NCBI GenBank assembly: GCA_002862705.1
Contig: PKDU01000017.1
Location: 54,894-118,893 of the forward strand
Source of the DNA: Flavobacteriaceae bacterium
Lineage (GTDB): Bacteria; Bacteroidota; Bacteroidia; Flavobacteriales; Flavobacteriaceae
Reading direction: 5' to 3'
DNA: 64,000 nucleotides
Shown: piece after piece, positions 55,706 to 64,000 of the stretch
How the letters are laid out: every line of letters starts with the position of its first letter
Position numbering within the stretch: position 1 is the first letter of the stretch
Translations under genes and position numbers: made by a program
Notes under the pieces: model-generated
The model's input: the letters and a program-made list of their open reading frames with translations, nothing else
Told to the model about the DNA's origin: nothing
Database searches by the model: none

Positions 55706-57397
55706 ATGCAGGAGCTATCAGAACAAGAACTTGTCCGTAGAGAGAAATTAACAAAACTTCGTGCGTTAGGGATTGACCCTTATCCAGCGGCTGCTTTTGA
55801 CGTTTCGCACTACGCCACAACAGTTAGTGAGAAATATGAACAAGGGCAACATGTACGCATGGCCGGAAGGCTTATGTCAAGGCGTGTGCAAGGAAAAGCC
55901 AGCTTTGCCGAGCTTCAAGATGCCACAGGCAGGGTACAGCTCTATTTCAATAGAGACATCTTATGCCGGGATGAAGACAAAACCCAGTACAACGACGTTT
56001 ACAAAAAACTTCTTGATATCGGCGATATCATAGGGATTGAAGGCACCATGTTTACTACCCAAGTGGGAGAAAAAACCATTGAGGTACACCAGCTGTTTGT
56101 GTTGAGCAAATCGCTACGTCCTTTGCCACTACCCAAAGTAGATGCCGAAGGCAACACCTATGATGCATTTACGGATGCCGAGCAACGCTACCGTCAGCGC
56201 TATGTGGATTTGATTGTAAATCCGCAGGTGAAAGATGCCTTTGTTAAGCGCACCATGATTACCAATACCATTCGTTCTTTTTTTAACGACCGGGGTTATC
56301 TCGAAGTTGAAACACCCATATTACAACCCATTCCCGGGGGTGCTGCTGCACGTCCGTTTGTGACACATCACAACGCGCTCAACATACCCCTTTACCTCCG
56401 TATTGCCAACGAGTTGTACCTAAAGCGGTTGATCGTTGGGGGTTTTGATGGGGTATATGAATTTGCCAAAGATTTTAGAAATGAAGGGATGGACAAAACC
56501 CACAACCCTGAATTTACGGTAATGGAACTCTATGTGGCCTACAAGGATTACCATTGGATGATGGAAACAACGGAATCGCTGTTGGAGGAAGTGGCTGTCG
56601 CTGCAAATGGCGTAGCTGCCGTAACCGTTGGAGAGAATACCATAGACTTTAAGGCACCCTATCCTCGAGTCCCAATTTTAGATGCCATTAAAGAGCATAC
56701 AAGCATTGACGTTTCTGAAATGGATGAAAGCACATTGCGTGAAACAGCAAAAAAATTGGGGCTGGAAGTAGACGAAACCATGGGCAAAGGAAAGCTTATT
56801 GATGCCCTTTTTGGGGAATGTTGCGAGCATCATTATATCCAACCCACGTTTATTACGGACTATCCAAAAGAAATGAGTCCGCTGACCAAAGCACACCGCA
56901 GCAAACCGGGTTTAACAGAACGCTTTGAGCTTATGGTTAATGGAAAAGAATTGGCCAATGCCTATTCGGAATTAAACGATCCCATTGACCAGCGGGAGCG
57001 TTTTGAGGATCAAATGTCCCTGTCTGAAAAAGGAGATGACGAAGCCATGTTTATTGACCAAGATTTTCTTCGCTCATTGGAATACGGCATGCCGCCCACT
57101 TCTGGTATTGGCATTGGTATAGACCGCCTCACCATGCTGTTGACCAACAACAGTTCTATTCAAGAGGTGTTGTTTTTCCCACAGATGCGTCCAGAGAAAA
57201 AAGGACCAACACTCACGGAAGAAGAACAAGGTGTTGTTGATTTGCTAAAAAAAGAAAGCCCCGTTGCACTTGCATCACTCAAGGAACAATCAGGGCTTAG
57301 TAATAAAAAATGGGACAAAGCCATCAAAGGGCTGACTGGCAAATCAATTGCAGAAGTCAAAAAAACCGACGATGCCTTGTTGGTTACGCTGCTTTAG
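55706..57397 (+). CDS. lysS: lysine--tRNA ligase (class II) with a 65-aa C-terminal extension
   Basis: OB-fold N-domain and class II motifs (FRNEGMDKTHNPEFT; GIGIGIDRLTMLL). ATG 55706 is preferred over TTG 55676. Confidence 0.95.
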   Translation: MQELSEQELVRREKLTKLRALGIDPYPAAAFDVSHYATTVSEKYEQGQHVRMAGRLMSRRVQGKASFAELQDATGRVQLYFNRDILCRDEDKTQYNDVYKKLLDIGDIIGIEGTMFTTQVGEKTIEVHQLFVLSKSLRPLPLPKVDAEGNTYDAFTDAEQRYRQRYVDLIVNPQVKDAFVKRTMITNTIRSFFNDRGYLEVETPILQPIPGGAAARPFVTHHNALNIPLYLRIANELYLKRLIVGGFDGVYEFAKDFRNEGMDKTHNPEFTVMELYVAYKDYHWMMETTESLLEEVAVAANGVAAVTVGENTIDFKAPYPRVPILDAIKEHTSIDVSEMDESTLRETAKKLGLEVDETMGKGKLIDALFGECCEHHYIQPTFITDYPKEMSPLTKAHRSKPGLTERFELMVNGKELANAYSELNDPIDQRERFEDQMSLSEKGDDEAMFIDQDFLRSLEYGMPPTSGIGIGIDRLTMLLTNNSSIQEVLFFPQMRPEKKGPTLTEEEQGVVDLLKKESPVALASLKEQSGLSNKKWDKAIKGLTGKSIAEVKKTDDALLVTLL

Positions 57398-58503
57398 AAA
57401 AACTTAAATTCTGTTCGTCTGTTTTTTGCATGCTGGTTTTCTGAACAAGAAACGCCGTCTTTACAATCGTTTAAGAGTTTTGACTCGCCGTACCCCACTG
57501 CGATCAGTCGAGAGGTTTTAATTCCTTTTTTATTGAGATACTCCACTACAGCCTTTGACCTTCTTTCTGAGAGATTTTTATTAAACGCCTCACCACCACG
57601 AGAATCGGTATGTGAACCTACTTCAATCACTGCGTTAGGATGCTGTTTTAAACGAGATAAGATATGCTTGTCAATGATGCGTGTTGATTTCGAGGTCAAT
57701 TTTGCACTACCTAGTTCATAATGAATAGGTAAAATAATGGCATCTTTAGGTAAGGTACAAGGTACCTCACGCCAAGCAGTCATGCCACCCTTTTTAACGA
57801 GTACTCTTTTCTCCACTTGCGTATAAACTGCTGGAATATTTACAGGCATCGTTGTTTCATCTTTTACTAAAACACGTCGCTCAACAGTTTGCTTTACTTC
57901 AGGGACATCTGTTGTTTCTGTTCGTGCGGGTGTAACCATCACCTCGCGCTTAACTAGTTTGTATTTTCCGCCTTTATGCTTGGTTGAGCTGGTTGCTTTG
58001 GTGACAAGTCGCTTGACGGGAACTTCTCTAAAAATAGCCGGCGCCTCTTTATAGTAGAATATGCGACAGTCATCTGGGTTTATGGACGGGCAATCTGGGT
58101 TTTCGCCAGCTACCCACTTCCCCGATTTTCTCCTTACCTCTACAGATTCAAAAGCATCTTCAAAAGTAGCTTCTACGGGATATTGTTTGTTGTATGGTTC
58201 TTCAATCCAAAAGGTATCAACCACTGTTTTAAAAGTGGGCGGAATATATGTATACTCTTTAGATGCCGGCTTTATAACAACTTCGTCGTTGACTGTTTTG
58301 TATTGAGCAGGTACAACGCGCAGTTTATCATGTGCAGGAACTTTGAGTACACTGTCGGTTTCAATTTCATATCGATCAGGTACTATACATTTTGCATAGC
58401 ATTTACCAGGATCTGGGTTGTCGGGTAATTTTTCGAGATATTGTTCTTGCGCTGATAACGAAATAGCACAAAGAAACACAAAGGGTATATATATTGATTT
58501 CAT
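57394..58503 (-). CDS. OmpA family protein with a repeat-containing N-terminal domain
   Basis: 369 aa with a signal peptide. C-terminal OmpA domain: VGSHTDSRGGEAFNKNLSERRSKAV...NRRTEF. Confidence 0.88.
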   Translation of the reverse strand: MKSIYIPFVFLCAISLSAQEQYLEKLPDNPDPGKCYAKCIVPDRYEIETDSVLKVPAHDKLRVVPAQYKTVNDEVVIKPASKEYTYIPPTFKTVVDTFWIEEPYNKQYPVEATFEDAFESVEVRRKSGKWVAGENPDCPSINPDDCRIFYYKEAPAIFREVPVKRLVTKATSSTKHKGGKYKLVKREVMVTPARTETTDVPEVKQTVERRVLVKDETTMPVNIPAVYTQVEKRVLVKKGGMTAWREVPCTLPKDAIILPIHYELGSAKLTSKSTRIIDKHILSRLKQHPNAVIEVGSHTDSRGGEAFNKNLSERRSKAVVEYLNKKGIKTSRLIAVGYGESKLLNDCKDGVSCSENQHAKNRRTEFKFF

Positions 58504-58624
58504 GATTTAAGATTTGTGGATTATAAATCCAATAAAAAAATGAATGAGATGCTTAAAAAAGCATCTGCTTTTTTTATTGTAAAACTTACATATTTTCAGC
58601 ACATTAGCATACTAAATAAATTTT

Positions 58625-61120
58625 ATGAAAAAAATATCATTTCTTCTTCTGGGTTTAGCGGTGCTGACTACTGTTCCCGCACAAGCACAGCTTGGCAAAC
58701 TTTTTAAAAAGAAAAAGCCACCCGTAACGGAAAAGCCAAAACCTAAAAAGGAAGATAAAAACGGTATTAAGCCTTACGATAAAGTCATTACTAAAAAAGC
58801 CATTACAGACAAGGGATTGTTTGACGTACATAAGGTTGATGACAAATTCTATTATGAAATTCCAGACTCCCTGTTTGGTGCAGAGATGCTGATGGTTACC
58901 CGAATTGCTAAGACAGCTTCTGGTATTGGCTTTGGAGGTGGAAAACAAAATACGCAAGTTTTGCGCTGGGAAAAAGAGAGCAAGAAAGTCTTGCTTCGTG
59001 TGGTCTCACACGAGGTAGTAGCAGCCGACTCCTTGCCCATTCACGAGGCCGTTGTCAATTCAAATTTCGAACCTATTCTATACAGGTTTGACATCAAATC
59101 CATTGGAAAAGACTCTACCTCCACAGTAATTGAGATTAACAAGCTTTTTGAGACGGATGTAAAAGCACTTGGCTTTCCCGCTTCGAGAAGAAAAAGCTAC
59201 AAGATTTCAAGCATGGATAAGTCCAGATCATTTATCAATACATTGAAAAGCTATCCGCTAAACGTTGAAGCGCGCCATGTAAAAACCTACAATTCCAGTG
59301 CACCACCCTCCAATTCGAGCACGGCATCGATTAGTTTAGAAATAAGCAACTCCATGATTCTACTGCCCAAAGAGCAAATGAAAAGACGCTACTTTGACCA
59401 ACGCGTAGGTTGGTTTTCAAGAGGGCAAACAGACTACGGCCTAGACGTTCAAAAAAGCAAAACAGTGCGCTATTTAGACCGCTGGCGTTTGGAAATAAAA
59501 GATGAAGATTTAAAAAAATTTAACCGCGGGGAATTGGTAGCGCCTAAAAAACCCATTGTGTATTATATCGATAGAGCTACGCCAAAAAAATGGATTCCCT
59601 ATTTGAAGCAAGGGATTGAAGACTGGCAAGTCGCTTTTGAAGCAGCAGGCTTTAAAGATGCCATTATTGCCAAAGACCCGCCAACACTAGAAGAAGATCC
59701 AGACTGGAGCCCGGAAGATGTACGCTATTCTGTTGTGCGTTATTTGGCATCTCCAATTCCCAATGCCAATGGTCCACACGTAAGTGATCCACGATCGGGA
59801 GAAATTTTGGAATCTGACATCAACTGGTACCACAACGTGATGACCCTACTACGCAACTGGTTTTTTGTGCAAACAGCTGCCATAAACCCAGAAGCTAGAG
59901 GTGTGGAATTTAAGGATGAAATTATGGGGCGTTTGATTCGGTTTGTCTCTGCGCACGAAGTAGGACACACCATAGGGCTACCCCATAACATGGGAAGCAG
60001 TGTTGCGTTTCCTGTTGACTCGTTACGCTCTGCCGCTTTTACCAAAAAATACGGTACGGCACCTTCCATCATGGACTATGCGCGTTTTAACTACATTGCA
60101 CAACCAGGAGACGGAGATGTTTCGTTGATGCCAGATATTGGGGTTTATGACAAGCATGCTGTTCGTTGGGGCTACCGCCCGATTCCATCTGCTAAAACGG
60201 CAGCGGACGAAAAGGAAACCTTAGACCAATGGATTTTAGCACATCAAGACGATCCCATGTATCGTTTCGGAAGTCAACAATTTGGGAATCCTATTGACCC
60301 CAGTTCACAGACAGAGGATCTGGGCGATAACGCCATAAAAGCAAGTGCTTATGGTATTGCCAACCTCAAAAGAATTGTGCCAAACTTGATAGAATGGACG
60401 GCAGAGGACGGCAAGGACTATGACGATTTACAAGATTTATACAACCAAGTATTGGGTCAGTTTAATCGTTATATGGGACATGTGGCGGCCAATATTGGCG
60501 GTGTGTATGAATACTACAAAACCTATGATCAAGAAGGTGCGGTGTATACACATGTTGACAAAAAGCACCAGCGTGCTTGTATGCAATTCTTGCAAGAAGA
60601 ATTATTTACAACGCCAACATGGATGTTGGACAACGAGATTTTCAATAAGATTGAGTTTGCTGGCGTACTTGACCGCATGCGACGCATGCAAACAGGCACC
60701 CTCAACCGCTTGTTGAGCTTTGACCGACTGGCGCGTATTTCTGAAAATGAAGCACTCAATGGCAGCGATGCCTATGCACTGGTAGAGATGATGACAGCTC
60801 TTCGAAAAGGTATTTGGCGTGAATTGTATAGCAACAAGGCTATTGGTATCTACCGTAGAAACCTGCAACGCGCTTATATCGATCGTTTGGAATACCTAAT
60901 GACAGAAAGCCAAGAGCCGCTAGTGGGTTCAGCAAGACGTTATAGCAATCGCACTAGAGTACTCGTTAGTCAATCAGATATTAGAGGCGTAAGCAGGGCG
61001 CAATTGATAAATCTTAAAAACGCCATCAACACAAGTTTAACAAACACAACCGATCAAAACACACGCTATCACTTGCAAGAAGCTGTGGTGCGTATTGATG
61101 CGATTTTGGATCCAAGTTAA
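58625..61120 (+). CDS. secreted zinc-dependent metalloprotease (large Bacteroidota family)
   Basis: 831 aa with a signal peptide. HEVGHTIGLPHN (HExxHxxGxxH-type zinc site). Confidence 0.85.
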   Translation: MKKISFLLLGLAVLTTVPAQAQLGKLFKKKKPPVTEKPKPKKEDKNGIKPYDKVITKKAITDKGLFDVHKVDDKFYYEIPDSLFGAEMLMVTRIAKTASGIGFGGGKQNTQVLRWEKESKKVLLRVVSHEVVAADSLPIHEAVVNSNFEPILYRFDIKSIGKDSTSTVIEINKLFETDVKALGFPASRRKSYKISSMDKSRSFINTLKSYPLNVEARHVKTYNSSAPPSNSSTASISLEISNSMILLPKEQMKRRYFDQRVGWFSRGQTDYGLDVQKSKTVRYLDRWRLEIKDEDLKKFNRGELVAPKKPIVYYIDRATPKKWIPYLKQGIEDWQVAFEAAGFKDAIIAKDPPTLEEDPDWSPEDVRYSVVRYLASPIPNANGPHVSDPRSGEILESDINWYHNVMTLLRNWFFVQTAAINPEARGVEFKDEIMGRLIRFVSAHEVGHTIGLPHNMGSSVAFPVDSLRSAAFTKKYGTAPSIMDYARFNYIAQPGDGDVSLMPDIGVYDKHAVRWGYRPIPSAKTAADEKETLDQWILAHQDDPMYRFGSQQFGNPIDPSSQTEDLGDNAIKASAYGIANLKRIVPNLIEWTAEDGKDYDDLQDLYNQVLGQFNRYMGHVAANIGGVYEYYKTYDQEGAVYTHVDKKHQRACMQFLQEELFTTPTWMLDNEIFNKIEFAGVLDRMRRMQTGTLNRLLSFDRLARISENEALNGSDAYALVEMMTALRKGIWRELYSNKAIGIYRRNLQRAYIDRLEYLMTESQEPLVGSARRYSNRTRVLVSQSDIRGVSRAQLINLKNAINTSLTNTTDQNTRYHLQEAVVRIDAILDPS

Positions 61121-61121
61121 T

Positions 61122-62411
61122 TTACAACGCTTTTAACGTTTCTGAAAAGGCCTCCAGCGTATGCTCGAGGTCTTTTTGGCTTATGGCATCGTTTAGGAAG
61201 TAACTTTCAAAGGCACTGGGCGGCAAATAGACACCGCGTTTTAGCATGCCGTGGAAATACGCTTTAAAATAATCATTATTGCCCTTGGCTGCTGTTTCGA
61301 AGTCCACAACTGGCGTGTCTGTAAAATGTAGCGACATCATGGAGCCCAATCTATTGATTTGATAGGGAAGTCCTTTCTCTTCCAAGAGCGGCACCATCTC
61401 ACGATGCAAGAATGCGGTTTTATCAGCCAAACTTGTATAGGTTTCAGGATGTGCGTGCAACAAGTCTAACATGGTCAGACCAGCTGTCATGGCCAAAGGG
61501 TTTCCACTCAAAGTACCCGCCTGATAAACAGGTCCAAGTGGTGCTAAGAAATCCATAATTTCTTTTCGAGCAGCAAAAGCACCAACGGGCAAACCACCAC
61601 CGATAACTTTTCCGTAAGTAACCAAATCGGCGCGAACGCCAAGACATTCCTGTGCACCGCCCTGGGCCAACCTAAACCCCGTCATGACCTCGTCAAAAAT
61701 TAGAACTGCGCCATGTGTATCACACAAACTGCGCAAGCCCTCCAAGAAGCCTGCTTGTGGTAAAATACAACCCATATTACCAGCAACTGGCTCAACGATT
61801 ATGGCGGCAATTTTCGCTGGATTGGCGCGAAATATTTCAGCTACGTGTTCCAAATTATTGTATGCTGCGAGAAGGGTGTCTTTAGCCGTGCCAGCTGTGA
61901 CCCCCGGACTGTTTGGACTACCGAAAGTAACGGCGCCACTACCGGCCTGAATCAGAAAGGCGTCTGCGTGTCCGTGATAGCAACCCGCAAACTTGATGAT
62001 TTTATCACGCCCTGTAAATCCCCGAGCCAGTCGAACCGCACTCATGCAGGCTTCTGTTCCTGAATTCACAAAACGGATTTGATCCATATGCGGCACCATG
62101 GAAAGCGCACGTTTGGCAATTTCGGTTTCCAATGCTGTTGGAATGCCATAGGAAGTTCCCTTTTCGGCTCGCGCTTGAACAGCAGCGACCACTTTGGGGT
62201 GTGCATGCCCTAAAATCATGGGACCCCAAGATGCAATAAAGTCTATATAGCGATTTTGGTCCTCATCGAAGAGGTACGCACCCTTCGCGTGCGTGAGGAA
62301 AATAGGCGTTCCACCAACAGCGTTAAAGGCGCGTACTGGAGAGTTTACCCCACCTGGAATTACTTTCTTTGCCTCATTGAACAAGGCGCTGCTACGTTGG
62401 TATTGCATCAT
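61122..62411 (-). CDS. hemL: glutamate-1-semialdehyde 2,1-aminomutase
   Basis: 429 aa. [34 protein letters not shown] (PLP lysine). Confidence 0.96.
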   Translation of the reverse strand: MMQYQRSSALFNEAKKVIPGGVNSPVRAFNAVGGTPIFLTHAKGAYLFDEDQNRYIDFIASWGPMILGHAHPKVVAAVQARAEKGTSYGIPTALETEIAKRALSMVPHMDQIRFVNSGTEACMSAVRLARGFTGRDKIIKFAGCYHGHADAFLIQAGSGAVTFGSPNSPGVTAGTAKDTLLAAYNNLEHVAEIFRANPAKIAAIIVEPVAGNMGCILPQAGFLEGLRSLCDTHGAVLIFDEVMTGFRLAQGGAQECLGVRADLVTYGKVIGGGLPVGAFAARKEIMDFLAPLGPVYQAGTLSGNPLAMTAGLTMLDLLHAHPETYTSLADKTAFLHREMVPLLEEKGLPYQINRLGSMMSLHFTDTPVVDFETAAKGNNDYFKAYFHGMLKRGVYLPPSAFESYFLNDAISQKDLEHTLEAFSETLKAL

Positions 62412-63208
62412 TTTACTTTGAGTTGTTGGCCAATAGCCAGTTCGTTTGAGCGCAATCCGTTAAGGTCCTTAAGGGCTTGCACTGAAGTGTCAAATTCCTT
62501 GGCAATGGCATTCAAGGTGTCCCCTTGTTTTACTACATAATTTTGAGTGGTTGAGGCCTTATCGTTTTTGGTCTTATCCTTTTTGGCTTTTTTTGTTTTG
62601 ATGGGCTCCTTACTGCCGTCAAATCGCCAAAGTTCGTAGCGCTCGATAAGCGATATCAGCTTGTAGGCATATTGCGGATCTGTAGCGTAGCCTGCTTTCT
62701 TTAGCCCGTGTGCCCAGCTGACATAGTCCGTTTTTTTCATTTTGAATAGCTTGCTGTATCGATCTCTGTAACGCAAAAACTCGGAATGATCCCGATAGGA
62801 TTGATCTACTTTTTTATACTTGCGAAAGCACTCCCCTTTTGCGTCGTCATCGTGAGAAACGCTAGGTCCACGCCAACCTTTGTGGCATTTGATACCGAAG
62901 TGATTGTTGGACTTAAGTGCCAACTTCCCAACGCCGGCTTGCGATTCCAATAGCCCTTGTGCAAGGGTGATGCTTGCGGGTATACCAAATTTTTTCATCT
63001 CCTTTTGCGCAAGAGGCGCATACTGCAAGACATAAACTTTCATACGCATGTGCGCATCTAAGTTGGCTCGTTTTTTTGCCGTTTGCTTGGGTGATTTATT
63101 CTCAAGTTTTTTAGCGTTACGCTTGACTTCGCCATTGTAGACTACTTTTTTTGAGCCACAGGAAGTTAGCAAAAGTGCGGTGAGAATAAAGACTAGGGTT
63201 CTGGCCAT
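62408..63208 (-). CDS. glucosaminidase-domain peptidoglycan hydrolase with a C-terminal LysM domain (lipoprotein)
   Basis: Lipobox [33 protein letters not shown] glucosaminidase motif. Lys[17 protein letters not shown]...[12 protein letters not shown] 63208 is preferred. Confidence 0.85.
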   Translation of the reverse strand: MARTLVFILTALLLTSCGSKKVVYNGEVKRNAKKLENKSPKQTAKKRANLDAHMRMKVYVLQYAPLAQKEMKKFGIPASITLAQGLLESQAGVGKLALKSNNHFGIKCHKGWRGPSVSHDDDAKGECFRKYKKVDQSYRDHSEFLRYRDRYSKLFKMKKTDYVSWAHGLKKAGYATDPQYAYKLISLIERYELWRFDGSKEPIKTKKAKKDKTKNDKASTTQNYVVKQGDTLNAIAKEFDTSVQALKDLNGLRSNELAIGQQLKVK

Positions 63209-64000
63209 TTCACTTGATACTGATAATTGTAGCCAGCGATTCCCTGTGTTCCGCCGGTGTGAATGAGTAAAATATTTGTTCCAAACGACCATGTGTTGTC
63301 TTTTATCATTTGCACCAACTGAAACAGCATAGGTGCCGTGTAAATGGGATCCAACAGCACGCCTGTTTTTTTATATAGCTCATTTGCAAATGCAACAAGT
63401 CTTTTATCGGCATTGGCATAGCCCGCATAGGATGAATGCCTTATGAGTTCCCAATTATCACGTGCTACAAAGGTACGAATACGGTCTGGGATTGTAGCAT
63501 CATCTACCATTTGAAAACCCACAACTTTTTGATGCGCGGCAGCCGACGCCGCCAAACCCGCTAGGGTACCCCCTGTTCCTACAGCACAACCGATAACATT
63601 AAAACGCAAATCGTCATTTGTCAAAATTTCCATACACCCCTTAACCGCAAGTTTGTTGGTGCCACCCTCGGGTAGTACAACTAAATTTTTCGCAGCCACA
63701 AGCTGACTTGCCGTTTCACCAAGTGCTTTTAGTTTGTATTCGGATCTTGTCACAAAAACCAACTGCATACCATTGGCCTTACACTGGGATAAAGTGGGGT
63801 TCAAAGGGTTGTTTGCAAGTTCTTCACCCCTAACAATTCCGACAATGGGAATTTGTTCCTGAGCGGCAAGGGCAGCAGCTGCAGCAAGGTGATTGGAGTA
63901 AGCGCCGCCAAATGTGAGTATTCCTTTGGCAGAAGAAGCTTTTAAAGCTTTAAAATTATACTTGAGTTTACGCCATTTGTTGCCAGAAGCCAGTGGAAAA
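63193..64000 (-). CDS. PLP-dependent ACC deaminase/D-cysteine desulfhydrase family protein; 5' end beyond the right edge
   Basis: The reading frame continues upstream of the track ORF to the window edge: FPLASGNKWRKLKYNF...FGGAYSNHLAAAA. Downstream sequence includes CAVGTGGTLAGL. Confidence 0.8.
   Translation of the reverse strand, partial: FPLASGNKWRKLKYNFKALKASSAKGILTFGGAYSNHLAAAAALAAQEQIPIVGIVRGEELANNPLNPTLSQCKANGMQLVFVTRSEYKLKALGETASQLVAAKNLVVLPEGGTNKLAVKGCMEILTNDDLRFNVIGCAVGTGGTLAGLAASAAAHQKVVGFQMVDDATIPDRIRTFVARDNWELIRHSSYAGYANADKRLVAFANELYKKTGVLLDPIYTAPMLFQLVQMIKDNTWSFGTNILLIHTGGTQGIAGYNYQYQVKWPEP

Noticed and set aside
58555-58575. Terminator-like hairpin AAAAAAGC-atct-GCTTTTTT between the divergent ompA-family and metalloprotease genes. 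There is also a TGGATT-ata-AATCCA inverted repeat at 58517..58531.
   Set aside because: The stem is almost entirely A:T and sits between divergently transcribed genes, where a terminator makes little sense. The 6-bp inverted repeat is too short to distinguish from chance in AT-rich DNA.
1-64000. Search for CRISPR arrays, IS elements or transposases, prophage genes, toxin-antitoxin pairs, restriction-modification or other defence cassettes.
   Set aside because: None of the ORF translations shows transposase, integrase (other than the edge XerC/D-like gene), nuclease-helicase, methyltransferase or Cas-like motifs. I saw no regularly spaced repeats. The window is essentially all housekeeping genes.

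Overview
This window reads as a compact core-chromosome stretch of a Bacteroidota genome, most likely Flavobacteriia. The taxon call rests on several things: many TAnnTTTG -7 promoter boxes, almost no Shine-Dalgarno sequences, a bTHX ribosomal protein gene, DUF1573 and DUF2851 families, and the rpsU-xerC and birA/rsfS-ftsH neighbourhoods. I count about 62 protein genes and one tRNA-Val(TAC). They include a full trpEGDCFB-mscL-trpA cluster, gltBD, ftsH, valS, lysS, glmS, lipA/lipB, lpxK, murB, ddl, hemL, folC and pyrE. I saw no transposase, prophage, CRISPR array, toxin-antitoxin or defence-island content, and no strong case for a novel multi-gene system. The observations most worth following up are listed here. 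(1) A leader-peptide attenuator (MKKRIFNTLWWNS with 1:2 / 2:3 / 3:4 alternative helices) sits upstream of trpE and may be translated from a leaderless transcript. (2) A tightly coupled operon encodes a small Cys-rich membrane protein, an ECF-type sigma factor and an NRAMP-fold transporter whose canonical DPGN metal site reads GVSH. (3) A 64-bp direct repeat duplicates the 3' end of tRNA-Val plus its terminator. (4) rpsU carries a canonical SD, unlike the other start regions I read. (5) Several -7 boxes lie only 3-5 nt from start codons. (6) All 10 convergent gene junctions have 1 nt of spacing or less. (7) One in-frame TAA splits a DUF2851 gene. All calls come from reading translations and motifs by eye, and no database search was possible.
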